Assembly (NCBI GenBank): GCA_965219085.1
Contig: OZ244720.1
Coordinates: forward strand, 1,344,001-1,408,000
DNA length: 64,000 nucleotides
Source: Dehalococcoidia bacterium
GTDB taxonomy: Bacteria > Chloroflexota > Dehalococcoidia > UBA2979
Reading direction: 5' to 3'
Of the stretch, positions 1-8,349 are shown piece by piece. The number at the start of each line of letters is the position of its first letter. Within the stretch, counting starts at the first letter, position 1. The notes under the pieces were generated by a model. The model searched no databases. It saw only the letters and a list, made by a program, of their open reading frames with translations, and was not told the origin of the DNA. The position numbers were made by a program, and so were the translations under genes.

Positions 1-2
1 AC

Positions 3-596
3 GGGGCGGGCCTCATGACGGTCGGCGCGATGCTCGTGCACTTCGTGCCGCACGTCACCGAGGAGCTCGACATCTCGCTCGGCACGGCGGCGCAGATGGT
101 GACGCTGATGACCGCCATGCTCGTGATTGGCATGGTGCTGTCGGGCTGGCTGGGCGACCGCATCGACAAGCGCACGATCATCGTCGTCGCGATGTTCCTG
201 CATCTCACTGCGATGCTGCTGCTCGCCGTGGCGTCCGAAGTGCTGCTCGTCGCGCTCGCGGCGGCGTTACAGGGCGTCGCGTGGGGCGCGCGAGGCCCCC
301 TGACGCAGGCGCTGCGGGCCGACTACTTCGGGACGGCGTCGTTCGGGAAGATCATGGGGTTCTCGTCGTTGATCATCATGATGGGGATGACGATCGGCCC
401 GCTCGCCGCCGGGGGGGTCTACGACCTGACCGGCTCGTACACCCCGGCCTTCGTGTTCATGGCGATCGTCGTGGGGCTCGGCTCGCTGTGCTTCGTCTTC
501 GCCAACAAGCCGGAGCCGCCCGCCGGGGCCCCGGCTCCGCCCACCGGCCGCCGACCCGAACCCGCCGAGGCCACGGAGGTCGCAGTCCCGTCGTGA
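3..596 (+). CDS. MFS transporter, C-terminal part (5' truncated by window)
   Basis: Multiple hydrophobic helices; MFS motif GWLGDRIDKR; frame open to the window edge. Confidence 0.85.
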   Translation, partial: GAGLMTVGAMLVHFVPHVTEELDISLGTAAQMVTLMTAMLVIGMVLSGWLGDRIDKRTIIVVAMFLHLTAMLLLAVASEVLLVALAAALQGVAWGARGPLTQALRADYFGTASFGKIMGFSSLIIMMGMTIGPLAAGGVYDLTGSYTPAFVFMAIVVGLGSLCFVFANKPEPPAGAPAPPTGRRPEPAEATEVAVPS

Positions 597-1054
597 ACTG
601 GCAGGCGTTCGCGGCGCGGGCGCCCGACCTCGCGGCCGTCGCAAAGCGGCTGCCCGGCGACCCGCGGGTGGTGCTGGTCGGGACCGTGCGCCGCGACGGG
701 ACGACGCGGATCAGCCCCGTCGAGCCGTTCTGGCTGGGCGACGAGCTCTACCTCGGCATGACGCCCGGCTCGATGAAGGCACTCGACCTGCTGCGCGACC
801 CGCGCTGCCTCGTGCACAACACCGTCACCGACCATGAAGGACGCGCGGGCGAGGTGAAGCTGCGCGGTCGTGCCGTCGTGGTCGACGACGAAGCGTCGAT
901 CGAGGCGTACTGCGTCGCGCTGGAGGCCGCGTACGGCTGGCGGCCAGAAGGACCGTTCCCCCTCTTCGCCATCGACATCGAGGACATGGCGTGGGTGCAT
1001 CGAGAGAGCGGCGAGCAGGAAGTCGATCGCTGGGTGGCCGGTCCCGCGGCGTGA
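593..1054 (+). CDS. Pyridoxamine 5'-phosphate oxidase-like (split-barrel flavin/F420-binding) protein
   Basis: GTG overlaps the MFS stop (GTGA); motifs GTVRRDGTTRISPVE and KALDLLRDPRC. Confidence 0.8.
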   Translation: MNWQAFAARAPDLAAVAKRLPGDPRVVLVGTVRRDGTTRISPVEPFWLGDELYLGMTPGSMKALDLLRDPRCLVHNTVTDHEGRAGEVKLRGRAVVVDDEASIEAYCVALEAAYGWRPEGPFPLFAIDIEDMAWVHRESGEQEVDRWVAGPAA

Positions 1055-1076
1055 CCACGAGTCGCGGGAGACCTCG

Positions 1077-1409
1077 CTAGGGATCGAGGCCGAGCTGGCG
1101 ACGCCGGGCGTGCTGATGGGCGTGCTGATGGGCGTGCTCGGCAGCGTCGCGGAAGGTCTCACCGCAGTCGGCGCAGACCTCGACGGAGCGGAAGCCGCCG
1201 GCCGGCGCCACACCGGCGATGGACCAGAGCCGCCACTCGTCGAGCGCGCGCTGCTGGGGATCGTCGTCCGTGTCACCGGGCCCGAGTTGCCAGCGGTCCT
1301 TGCGCTTGGTCTCGATGGTCGTGGTGCCGCGCGGGTCGGACGCGTCGCGGTGCTCACAATGCCAGTAGCAGCCCTCGGGGCAGTAGTTGGCGGCGAGCGC
1401 GTCGGTCAT
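1077..1409 (-). CDS. Small Cys/His-rich hypothetical protein, possibly metal-binding
   Basis: 110 aa ORF with CPEGC..C and CADC..F..HAHQHAHQH; fills the gap between neighbouring genes. Confidence 0.55.
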   Translation of the reverse strand: MTDALAANYCPEGCYWHCEHRDASDPRGTTTIETKRKDRWQLGPGDTDDDPQQRALDEWRLWSIAGVAPAGGFRSVEVCADCGETFRDAAEHAHQHAHQHARRRQLGLDP

Positions 1410-1471
1410 GGCGCGGATGATACGCGGTTCGCGCCGGCAGCGTGGCTGCCTCGGACGTAGCGGCGAGGCGG

Positions 1472-2131
1472 CTACGCCCACTCGCGCGGGCGAGTGAAGG
1501 AGCCGCGGGCGTCCGTCAGCGTCTCCGGGAACTGGCACGCCGCGAGAAGCCTGCGACGCTTCACACTGTTTGTGATGCGCCGATCGAACGTAGCGACATC
1601 CGCGAGTTCCTTGCTCGGACGCCGTGACCGACGACTCCCGCTGCCGTTCAGGATTGGCAGCACCACACCGACGGTGAAGTCAAACCGCGCGCGAACCTGA
1701 CGAATGGGCTCAACAAGATCGGAATCGTTGGACACGACAAGCGCGGCGTCGCAGTCCTGATCGAATGCGTCCAGCAGCAGATGCGTGGCGAGGTTGACGT
1801 CGGTTCCCTTCTCCTCGGTCTTGAGCACGGGGACCCTGCCGCGTCCGTCGGCCCGGACCATCATCGTTCGTGACACCAGGAAGTGGCCGTAGTGAATCGA
1901 AAGATCGGGAAGGGTCCGGAGGGCCCGGATGTACGCCGCCTGTCGGTCCGGCGCCGTTGGATCCCCCGGCAACGGGCGAACCCTTGCCGTGAAGTAACGG
2001 ACACGGCGCACTTCGTCGCGGGGCCCTAGCAACTCGTGGGCTAAGCGCCGGATATCCAACCAGCGGTACGGCTGGCTGCGGAGCGCCCCGTAGTAGAGGT
2101 TGAAGCCATCGACATAGACATTGAAGCGCAT
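1472..2131 (-). CDS. NYN (LabA/DUF88, PIN-like) domain ribonuclease
   Basis: VYVDGFNLYY, EEKGTDVNLA and VVSNDSDL acidic motifs. Confidence 0.9.
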   Translation of the reverse strand: MRFNVYVDGFNLYYGALRSQPYRWLDIRRLAHELLGPRDEVRRVRYFTARVRPLPGDPTAPDRQAAYIRALRTLPDLSIHYGHFLVSRTMMVRADGRGRVPVLKTEEKGTDVNLATHLLLDAFDQDCDAALVVSNDSDLVEPIRQVRARFDFTVGVVLPILNGSGSRRSRRPSKELADVATFDRRITNSVKRRRLLAACQFPETLTDARGSFTRPREWA

Positions 2132-2239
2132 GCGGGAGCCCAATACCCGCAAGGCCCCCTGACGGGGGCCTCACTACCCAAACGGACGTACCGAGTGGGG
2201 GGGTACAGCTATATTCCAGTGTGCGCGCACCGTTGTCAA
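2132..2239 (-). promoter_or_regulatory. Putative promoter and structured leader of the NYN gene
   Basis: TTGACA on the minus strand at 2234-2239; perfect 8-bp hairpin at 2152-2171. Confidence 0.5.
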
Positions 2240-2275
2240 CACACAAAACGGATTATCAGTATCCGGATGGCGCCC

Positions 2276-4210
2276 CTACACCAACGTCACCGGCGCGCCC
2301 ACGCGCTCGGCGACGGCGACCGTCCGGTCGTGCTTCGTCGTGTCGCCGGAGCGGGCCATCGAGACCAACTCGGAGATCTTGTGGCGGCACTCGCCGTTGA
2401 TGTCCTGGTGGCCGCACACGTTGCACGGGTCGCGCTTGCAGTCGAGCGTGATCTCCTCGTTCAGCGTGCGCATCCACTCGCCGCGCAGGAACGCCTTCGT
2501 CGTCGCCGAGTCGACGTGGTCCCACGGCAGTGGCTCCCACAGGTCGCGATCGCGGTGCGCGTAGTCAGCGGGGTCGAGGTCGTGCGTCGCGAAGGCCCGC
2601 TCCCAGATCGACCAGTCGTGGTGCTCCGACCACGCGTCGAACTTCGCGCCCAGCCGCCACGCCGTCTCGATCACGTCGGCGACGCGGCGGTCGCCGCGCG
2701 ACAGCACGGCCTCGAGCAGCGACTTCTCCGGGTCCTCCCAGCTGAACTGCACGCCCGCGCGCTTGCAGCCCTCGCGCAGGATGCGGTGGCGGCGACGCAG
2801 CGTGCCGGCGTCGCACTGCGCGAGCCACTGGTACGGGGTGTGTGCCTTCGGGATGAAGTTCGAGGTCGAGACGCGCACCCGCGCGCGGCCGCCCTGGTGG
2901 CGCTTGCCGATCGCCTTCACCTCGGAGGCGATGCGGACAATCTCCTCGATGTCGAAGTCGGTCTCGGTCGGCTGGCCGACCATGAAGTACATCTTGATGC
3001 TCGTCCAGCCGTTGCCGAAGGCGTGCTCGGCGGCGTTGAGCAGGTCCTCCTCGGTGACGAGCTTGTTGATCGTGTTGCGCAGCCGCTGCGAGCCCGCCTC
3101 CGGGGCGAGCGTGAGCGTGTGCTTTTTGCCGCGCGCCACCGCGTCCGCGACCTCGACCGAGAACGAGTCGACGCGCGTCGAGGGCAGCCCGATGCGCAGA
3201 CCGCGGTCGCCGTAGGCGTCCATCAGCGCGTGCACCATCGGCACGATGTCGCGGTGGTCGGTGGTCGAAAGCGACATCAGCGAGAGCTCGTGGTAGCCGG
3301 TGTTGTCGAGCAGCTCGCCCGCAGCCGCGACGATCTCCTCGACGGAGCGTTCGCGGGTCGGGCGGTAGATCATACCGGCCTGGCAGAAGCGGCAGCCCTG
3401 CGTGCAGCCGCGCTGGATCTCGATCACCGCGCGGTCGTGGACCACCTCCATGAACGGCACGATCGGCTTCGTCAGCGGCGGCGGCAGCACCTGCACCACG
3501 CGGCGCGTGATGCGGTCCGGCGCGGCCGCGTCGACCGCCCGCGTCCCCGCGAGCGCGCCGTCGGCGTCGTAGCTCGGCTCGTACAGCGAGGGTACGTAGA
3601 CGCCGTCGAGGGCGGCGAGGGCGCGATGCAGCTCCTGCCGCGAGCCGCGGCCGGCGCGCTTCCAGTCGCGCACGAAGTCGACGAGCTCGTCGATGAGCTC
3701 CTCGCCCTCGCCGAGCGCGAAGGCGTCGAAGAACGGCGCCATCGGCTCCGGCTCGAGCGCGGCCGAGCCGCCGCCGACGACGATCGGGGCGTCGTCTGCG
3801 CGGTCGGCGCTGTGGATGGGGATGCCGCCGAGTTCGAGCAGGTTGAGGACGTTGGTGAAGCACACCTCGTACGACAGCGAGATGCCGAGCACGTCGAACT
3901 CGTGGAGCGCGTGCCGCGTCTCCAGCGAGCGCAGCGGCTCGTCGTGCTCGCGCAGCAGGTCCTCGAAGTCCGTCCACGGCGAGAAGACACGCTCGGCGAG
4001 CGCGTCCTCGCGGCGGTTGACGATGTCGTAGAGGATGCCGAGCCCGAGGTTGGACATGCCGAGGTCGTAGAGGTCCGGGTAGGCAAGCGCGACTCGCACC
4101 TCGGGCGCCCCGGGCCCGTCCCAGTCCTTGGCGATCGAGTGCAGCTCGCCACCGGCGTAGCGCGCAGGTCGCTGGACGCGGTCGATGAGCTCGTCGTAGG
4201 TGGTGGGCAT
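2276..4210 (-). CDS. B12-binding radical SAM protein (TIGR03960 family-like)
   Basis: CTQGCRFC motif; N-terminal RPARYAGGE and YPDLYDLGMSNLG; C-terminal Cys cluster. Confidence 0.9.
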   Translation of the reverse strand: MPTTYDELIDRVQRPARYAGGELHSIAKDWDGPGAPEVRVALAYPDLYDLGMSNLGLGILYDIVNRREDALAERVFSPWTDFEDLLREHDEPLRSLETRHALHEFDVLGISLSYEVCFTNVLNLLELGGIPIHSADRADDAPIVVGGGSAALEPEPMAPFFDAFALGEGEELIDELVDFVRDWKRAGRGSRQELHRALAALDGVYVPSLYEPSYDADGALAGTRAVDAAAPDRITRRVVQVLPPPLTKPIVPFMEVVHDRAVIEIQRGCTQGCRFCQAGMIYRPTRERSVEEIVAAAGELLDNTGYHELSLMSLSTTDHRDIVPMVHALMDAYGDRGLRIGLPSTRVDSFSVEVADAVARGKKHTLTLAPEAGSQRLRNTINKLVTEEDLLNAAEHAFGNGWTSIKMYFMVGQPTETDFDIEEIVRIASEVKAIGKRHQGGRARVRVSTSNFIPKAHTPYQWLAQCDAGTLRRRHRILREGCKRAGVQFSWEDPEKSLLEAVLSRGDRRVADVIETAWRLGAKFDAWSEHHDWSIWERAFATHDLDPADYAHRDRDLWEPLPWDHVDSATTKAFLRGEWMRTLNEEITLDCKRDPCNVCGHQDINGECRHKISELVSMARSGDTTKHDRTVAVAERVGAPVTLV

Positions 4211-4311
4211 GGGGCGGGCCTCGCGGGTCGCGGTGCGTTCGCGGTTAGCCGATCGAGGGTAGTCGGGGGGTGGGTAGCGGTTCAAGCGTCCCCGGGGCGC
4301 GTCGGGTGCGA

Positions 4312-5094
4312 CTACCTTCGTTCGAGCAGCTCGTCCTGGATGCCGGTGATGACCCGGGGGGAGACGGTGAACTCGAACATGTCGAAGAGCTCGATGGCCA
4401 GATCCCGTGCAAGGGCACGCGCCTCAGATGCAAGTTTGACGAGACCTATATCCCGGCGCAGCTTCACGCAGTCCACAGAGGCAGTGAAGCTCGTGGAGGG
4501 CGGACGCGTCCAGTCGGCCACCAAGCGGCGGCTACGAGCATCGGCCAGATCAATCTCCAATTCGATTCCGGCACCGTAGTCCGCAGAGGCTGTGAGCCGA
4601 CGGGAGAACTCGACGATTTCGTACAGTGTCCACACGCTGGGCTCGATAAGAAGCACACGCTCGCGGGAGGCCTGTCCCCTCTGGGGATGCACGATATCGT
4701 CCCAGCCCTCTCGGCCCGAGCTAAACCATGGCGATCTTCGTTCGGCTGGCGGCGGCGAGCGGTATGCAATGTCCTCCTGAAGGGCCCGGTAGTGGATAAA
4801 CTGCCCTGTCCGCATGAGCCGCCACACCTCGCGCCGCCAGTCCTGATGGACTAATGCCTCCCAACCGTCTTCGACAGGTGCCTTCCACTCGTTGCCCCGC
4901 CCGCTGACCGGGACATACGGATAGGGGTTGCCGCGGAGTAGCACGGCGCTCTTTGCTACAGCGTCGCCGCAGTCCGAAGGCAGCTTGAAGCGCTGGGCCG
5001 CCGACTCTGGAACGATTCGCACGCGCCAGTGCCCGATGTCGCGAATCGAGGCGAGGACCCCCTCGCGGCTCGGCGGCGCGACCGTGGTCGTCAC
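4312..5094 (-). CDS. Hypothetical protein coupled to the AlbA-domain gene
   Basis: 260 aa ORF with atypical codon usage; its GTG overlaps the upstream TGA. Confidence 0.75.
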   Translation of the reverse strand: MTTTVAPPSREGVLASIRDIGHWRVRIVPESAAQRFKLPSDCGDAVAKSAVLLRGNPYPYVPVSGRGNEWKAPVEDGWEALVHQDWRREVWRLMRTGQFIHYRALQEDIAYRSPPPAERRSPWFSSGREGWDDIVHPQRGQASRERVLLIEPSVWTLYEIVEFSRRLTASADYGAGIELEIDLADARSRRLVADWTRPPSTSFTASVDCVKLRRDIGLVKLASEARALARDLAIELFDMFEFTVSPRVITGIQDELLERR

Positions 5095-5717
5095 AGTAGA
5101 TCCTCGATCTCCCGGTCCAGAGCTTCCCGCTCCCCGGCGGCCCGCTCCCCAGTGGCTGCGGGCAGCAATCCGAGAGCACGGAAGCGCTCGATCCGACGTT
5201 CTACAGCCTGCTCGATGATATCCCTCGTGTCCCGGTATGTGTGGATCTCCTCGGTACGAGGCGTGCCCGCTGGCCTGATGTAGACCGCACCCTCGCGTAG
5301 TGTGCGCGACCCTCCGTCAGCCTGCTTGCACACTGTCGGGGCATCGACGACCGCATCGACCTCTACGACTACGAATAGCATGTCGGCGAGTTCGCCCTTG
5401 ATCGTGCGCATCTCGAGCGGCGGATCGGCGTAGCGGGCGGTTTGCGCCGCGACGTTGTCGGGCACGAACGACTCATAGTGTCTTGCCGACATCCCAACGG
5501 GCCTGTACGTGCCGTCGAGGTTCTCCCGGACACCGATCACGACCGCGCCGCCATCGCGCGTGTTCGACATGGCCATGAATGTCCGGATGAGCCCGAGCCG
5601 CGCTTCGCGGTCTTCCCAGTCCAACGACTGCTTGTATTCGAGGCCGCGCGTCTCGAAGCCGAGACGCAGGTACTCGGCTTGGCGCACGGGCAGCGGCTCG
5701 GTAACTGGCAACGTCAT
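5091..5717 (-). CDS. AlbA_2 / Schlafen-like domain protein
   Basis: ETRGLEYKQS...AMSNTRDGGAVVIGVRE signature; C-terminal YIR motif. Confidence 0.85.
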   Translation of the reverse strand: MTLPVTEPLPVRQAEYLRLGFETRGLEYKQSLDWEDREARLGLIRTFMAMSNTRDGGAVVIGVRENLDGTYRPVGMSARHYESFVPDNVAAQTARYADPPLEMRTIKGELADMLFVVVEVDAVVDAPTVCKQADGGSRTLREGAVYIRPAGTPRTEEIHTYRDTRDIIEQAVERRIERFRALGLLPAATGERAAGEREALDREIEDLL

Positions 5718-5781
5718 CGGATCCGATTATCGGCGCGCCAAACGATACCGTCCGCTCTATCCGCAACTTTATTGCAGCGCC

Positions 5782-6096
5782 CTACGCCAGCCTGACCGCC
5801 GTCCCGTACACCAACACCTCCGCCGCACCCTGCGTCACCGACGCCGTCGCCATCCGCAGCGACACGATCGCGTCGGCGCCCTGGCGCTCCGCGTCCGCCT
5901 CCAGCGCCGCGAGCGCCTGCTCGCGCGACTCGACCAGCAGTTGCTGGTAGGCGCCGATCTCGCCGCCGACGAGGTTCTTGAGGCCGGCGAGGATGTCGCG
6001 GCCGACGTTACGGGCGCGCACGGCGTTGGCCGTGACGAGGCCGACCGTTTCGGCGATCTCGCGGCCGGCGATCGAGTCGGACGTGGTCATCAGCAT
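5782..6096 (-). CDS. YbjQ / UPF0145 family protein
   Basis: LKNLVGGEI, GADAIV and VYGTAV motifs. Confidence 0.9.
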   Translation of the reverse strand: MLMTTSDSIAGREIAETVGLVTANAVRARNVGRDILAGLKNLVGGEIGAYQQLLVESREQALAALEADAERQGADAIVSLRMATASVTQGAAEVLVYGTAVRLA

Positions 6097-6169
6097 CGAG
6101 GGCTCCTCTCGCGTTCGCCCTCCATCATCGCACCCCGACCGTCACCCGCGCGGCTGCTACGCTGCTCGC

Positions 6170-6910
6170 ATGACGGACACCGACACGGTCGTCGCGATCC
6201 TGCTCGCGGCCGGGCGCTCGCAGCGCATGGGCGGCATCGACAAGGTGTGGGCCAACCTCGGCGGCCGGCCGCTGCTCGCGTGGCCGCTCGATATGTTCGC
6301 CGCCCTCGACGCCGTCGACACCATCGTCGTCGTGTCGGGCGAGGAGCGGCGCGAGCAGATCGAGGCGCTCGCCGCGGAGTTCGCGCCCGGCCGCGACCTG
6401 CGCTGGGCCGAGGGTGGCGAACGCCGCTGCGACTCGGTCGCAGCCGGGCTCGCCGCCGCGCCCGAGGCTGCCTGGTACCTCGTCCACGACGCCGCCCGCC
6501 CGCTCGCGAGCGCCGTGCTGACGCGGCGCGTGCTCGACGCGGCGCGCGAGGGCGGCGCGGCCATCCCCGGCCTCGCCGTCGCCGACACCATGAAGGTCGT
6601 CGACGCCGACGGGCAGGTGACGAGCACCCTCGACCGCGGCGTGCTGCGCGCCGTGCAGACGCCGCAGGCGTTCGCCGGCCCGCTGCTGCGACGCGCCCAC
6701 GCCGCGGCCGACAACGCCGACGCGACCGACGACGCGCAGCTCGTCGAGCAGCTCGGCGAGCCGGTGTGGGTGGTCGAGGGCGAGCCCACGGCGCTGAAGG
6801 TGACGACCTCCGAGGACCTCGAGCGGGTGCGCTCGCTCGTCGAGCGTCAGGAGCCGCGGTCGCTGCTCGACGCGCCGATCCCGCGCGGGGCGGACCACGT
6901 GGCCGGCTGA
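6170..6910 (+). CDS. ispD: 2-C-methyl-D-erythritol 4-phosphate cytidylyltransferase
   Basis: LLAAGRSQRMGG, VHDAARP, VQTPQAF, TDDA, KVTT. Confidence 0.95.
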   Translation: MTDTDTVVAILLAAGRSQRMGGIDKVWANLGGRPLLAWPLDMFAALDAVDTIVVVSGEERREQIEALAAEFAPGRDLRWAEGGERRCDSVAAGLAAAPEAAWYLVHDAARPLASAVLTRRVLDAAREGGAAIPGLAVADTMKVVDADGQVTSTLDRGVLRAVQTPQAFAGPLLRRAHAAADNADATDDAQLVEQLGEPVWVVEGEPTALKVTTSEDLERVRSLVERQEPRSLLDAPIPRGADHVAG

Positions 6911-7389
6911 TGCGCATCGGCAACGGCTACGACGTGCACCGCTTCGCCGCGGGCGGGACGCTGCGCCTCGGCGGCGTCGAGATCGCCGACGCGCCCGCGC
7001 TCGACGGGCACAGCGACGGCGACACGCTGATCCACGCCGTCATCGACGCGCTGCTCGGCGCGGCCGGCGAAGGCGACATCGGCGAGCACTTCCCGCCCGG
7101 CGACCCGACCACGGCGGGCATCGACAGCCGCGAGTTGCTGACGCGCGTGGTGCGGCTGGTGTCGGCGCGCGGCTACCGCGTCGTCAACGTCGACGCCACC
7201 GTCATCGCCGAGCGCCCCCGCCTGCGCCCGCACATCGCCGCGATGCGGGAGGCGCTGGCGTGGGGGCTCGGAGTGGAGGCGTCGGCGGTGAACATCAAGG
7301 CGACGACGAACGAGCGCCTCGGCGAGATCGGCGCCGGCGAGGCGATCGCTGCGCTGGCGGTGGCGTTGCTGGATGAGGGTGGGGAGTAG
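6910..7389 (+). CDS. ispF: 2-C-methyl-D-erythritol 2,4-cyclodiphosphate synthase
   Basis: MRIGNGYDVH, GHSDGD, GDIGEHFP, NIKATT; coupled to ispD. Confidence 0.95.
   Translation: MRIGNGYDVHRFAAGGTLRLGGVEIADAPALDGHSDGDTLIHAVIDALLGAAGEGDIGEHFPPGDPTTAGIDSRELLTRVVRLVSARGYRVVNVDATVIAERPRLRPHIAAMREALAWGLGVEASAVNIKATTNERLGEIGAGEAIAALAVALLDEGGE
7342..7389 (+). repeat. Direct repeat copy 1 (ispF 3' end)
   Basis: 43/48 nt identical to 8300-8347. Confidence 0.9.
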
Positions 7390-7540
7390 GGAACCCTCGG
7401 GCGGCGCACGAGTGAGCATCGAAATGCAGCAGCGACTTCGTACGATCGCGAGGACTACGACTGCACGACATGGCGCATCCTCTCGCGCCGCCGCCCGGTT
7501 CCAGTGCGGGCGCTGTGTTACCATCGCGGCAGTCGAGCCC

Positions 7541-7640
7541 CCGGCGGTTCTCCCTCGGCTAGCGAGATGGTTCCCCGCCGGAAGTTCTGTCTGAGGGCCA
7601 CGGGCCAAGCCTGTGGCCCTTCTGTATACAGAGGTCGGCC
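7541..7640 (+). promoter_or_regulatory. Structured leader of the second NYN gene
   Basis: Stem 7541-7547/7575-7581; 12-bp hairpin 7594-7620; palindrome TCTGTATACAGA. Confidence 0.5.
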
Positions 7641-8267
7641 ATGACCACAGTGCCTTCGCGCCCGGGCAATCGGATCTATTTGTTCGTCGACTTTGCGAAC
7701 CTCGAGTTGACCATGCGCGACCACGCCGGCCCCGGCTTCCGGTTCGACTGGAGCGTGTTCCCGGAGTGGTTGGTCCGCGAGGCTGCGGGGCTTGTCCAAT
7801 TGCAGTCATGGTCCTACGAGGCGGTCAGCGTCTACGTCTCCTACGACCCCTCGAATCCGAACTCGGGTCGCTTCCGCGAGTGGACCCGAACGACGCTCAA
7901 CCGGATGCCCGGTGTCCACGTCATCGAGAAAGAACGGCGGCGGCGCCTCCGCCCACCGCGGTGTCCTCACTGCCACAACGACATCCAGACATGCCCCACC
8001 TGCGGCCGAGAGCCGCGCGGCATGCAGGAGAAGGGCATCGACACGCAGATCGTGACCGACATGATCAAGCTGGCGTGGGAAGACGCATACGACGTGGCCG
8101 TCCTCGTGTCGTCCGACGCCGACTTCATTCCCGCAGTCGACTTCCTGCATGACAGGGGGCGCAAGGTGATCCAGGCGGGGTTCCGAGGCACCGGGAACGA
8201 CCTGGCGGCACAGTGCTGGGCGTCCTTCGATCTCTTCGAGCGCCGCGAGGAGTTCCAGCGCCCGTAG
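7641..8267 (+). CDS. NYN (LabA/DUF88) domain protein with inserted zinc ribbon
   Basis: FVDFAN, EKGIDTQIVTDM, LVSSDADF; CPHC..CPTC. Confidence 0.9.
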   Translation: MTTVPSRPGNRIYLFVDFANLELTMRDHAGPGFRFDWSVFPEWLVREAAGLVQLQSWSYEAVSVYVSYDPSNPNSGRFREWTRTTLNRMPGVHVIEKERRRRLRPPRCPHCHNDIQTCPTCGREPRGMQEKGIDTQIVTDMIKLAWEDAYDVAVLVSSDADFIPAVDFLHDRGRKVIQAGFRGTGNDLAAQCWASFDLFERREEFQRP

Positions 8268-8299
8268 GCGCGTCCCCGCCCTCGTGGGGCGCGGTCAGG

Positions 8300-8347
8300 G
8301 CGATGGCGGCGCTTGCCGTGGCGTTGTTGGATGAGGGTGGGGAGTAG
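8300..8347 (+). repeat. Direct repeat copy 2 (orphan ispF 3'-end fragment, AMAALAVALLDEGGE*)
   Basis: 43/48 nt identical to the ispF end; 4 of 5 differences are synonymous. Confidence 0.9.
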
Positions 8348-8349
8348 GA

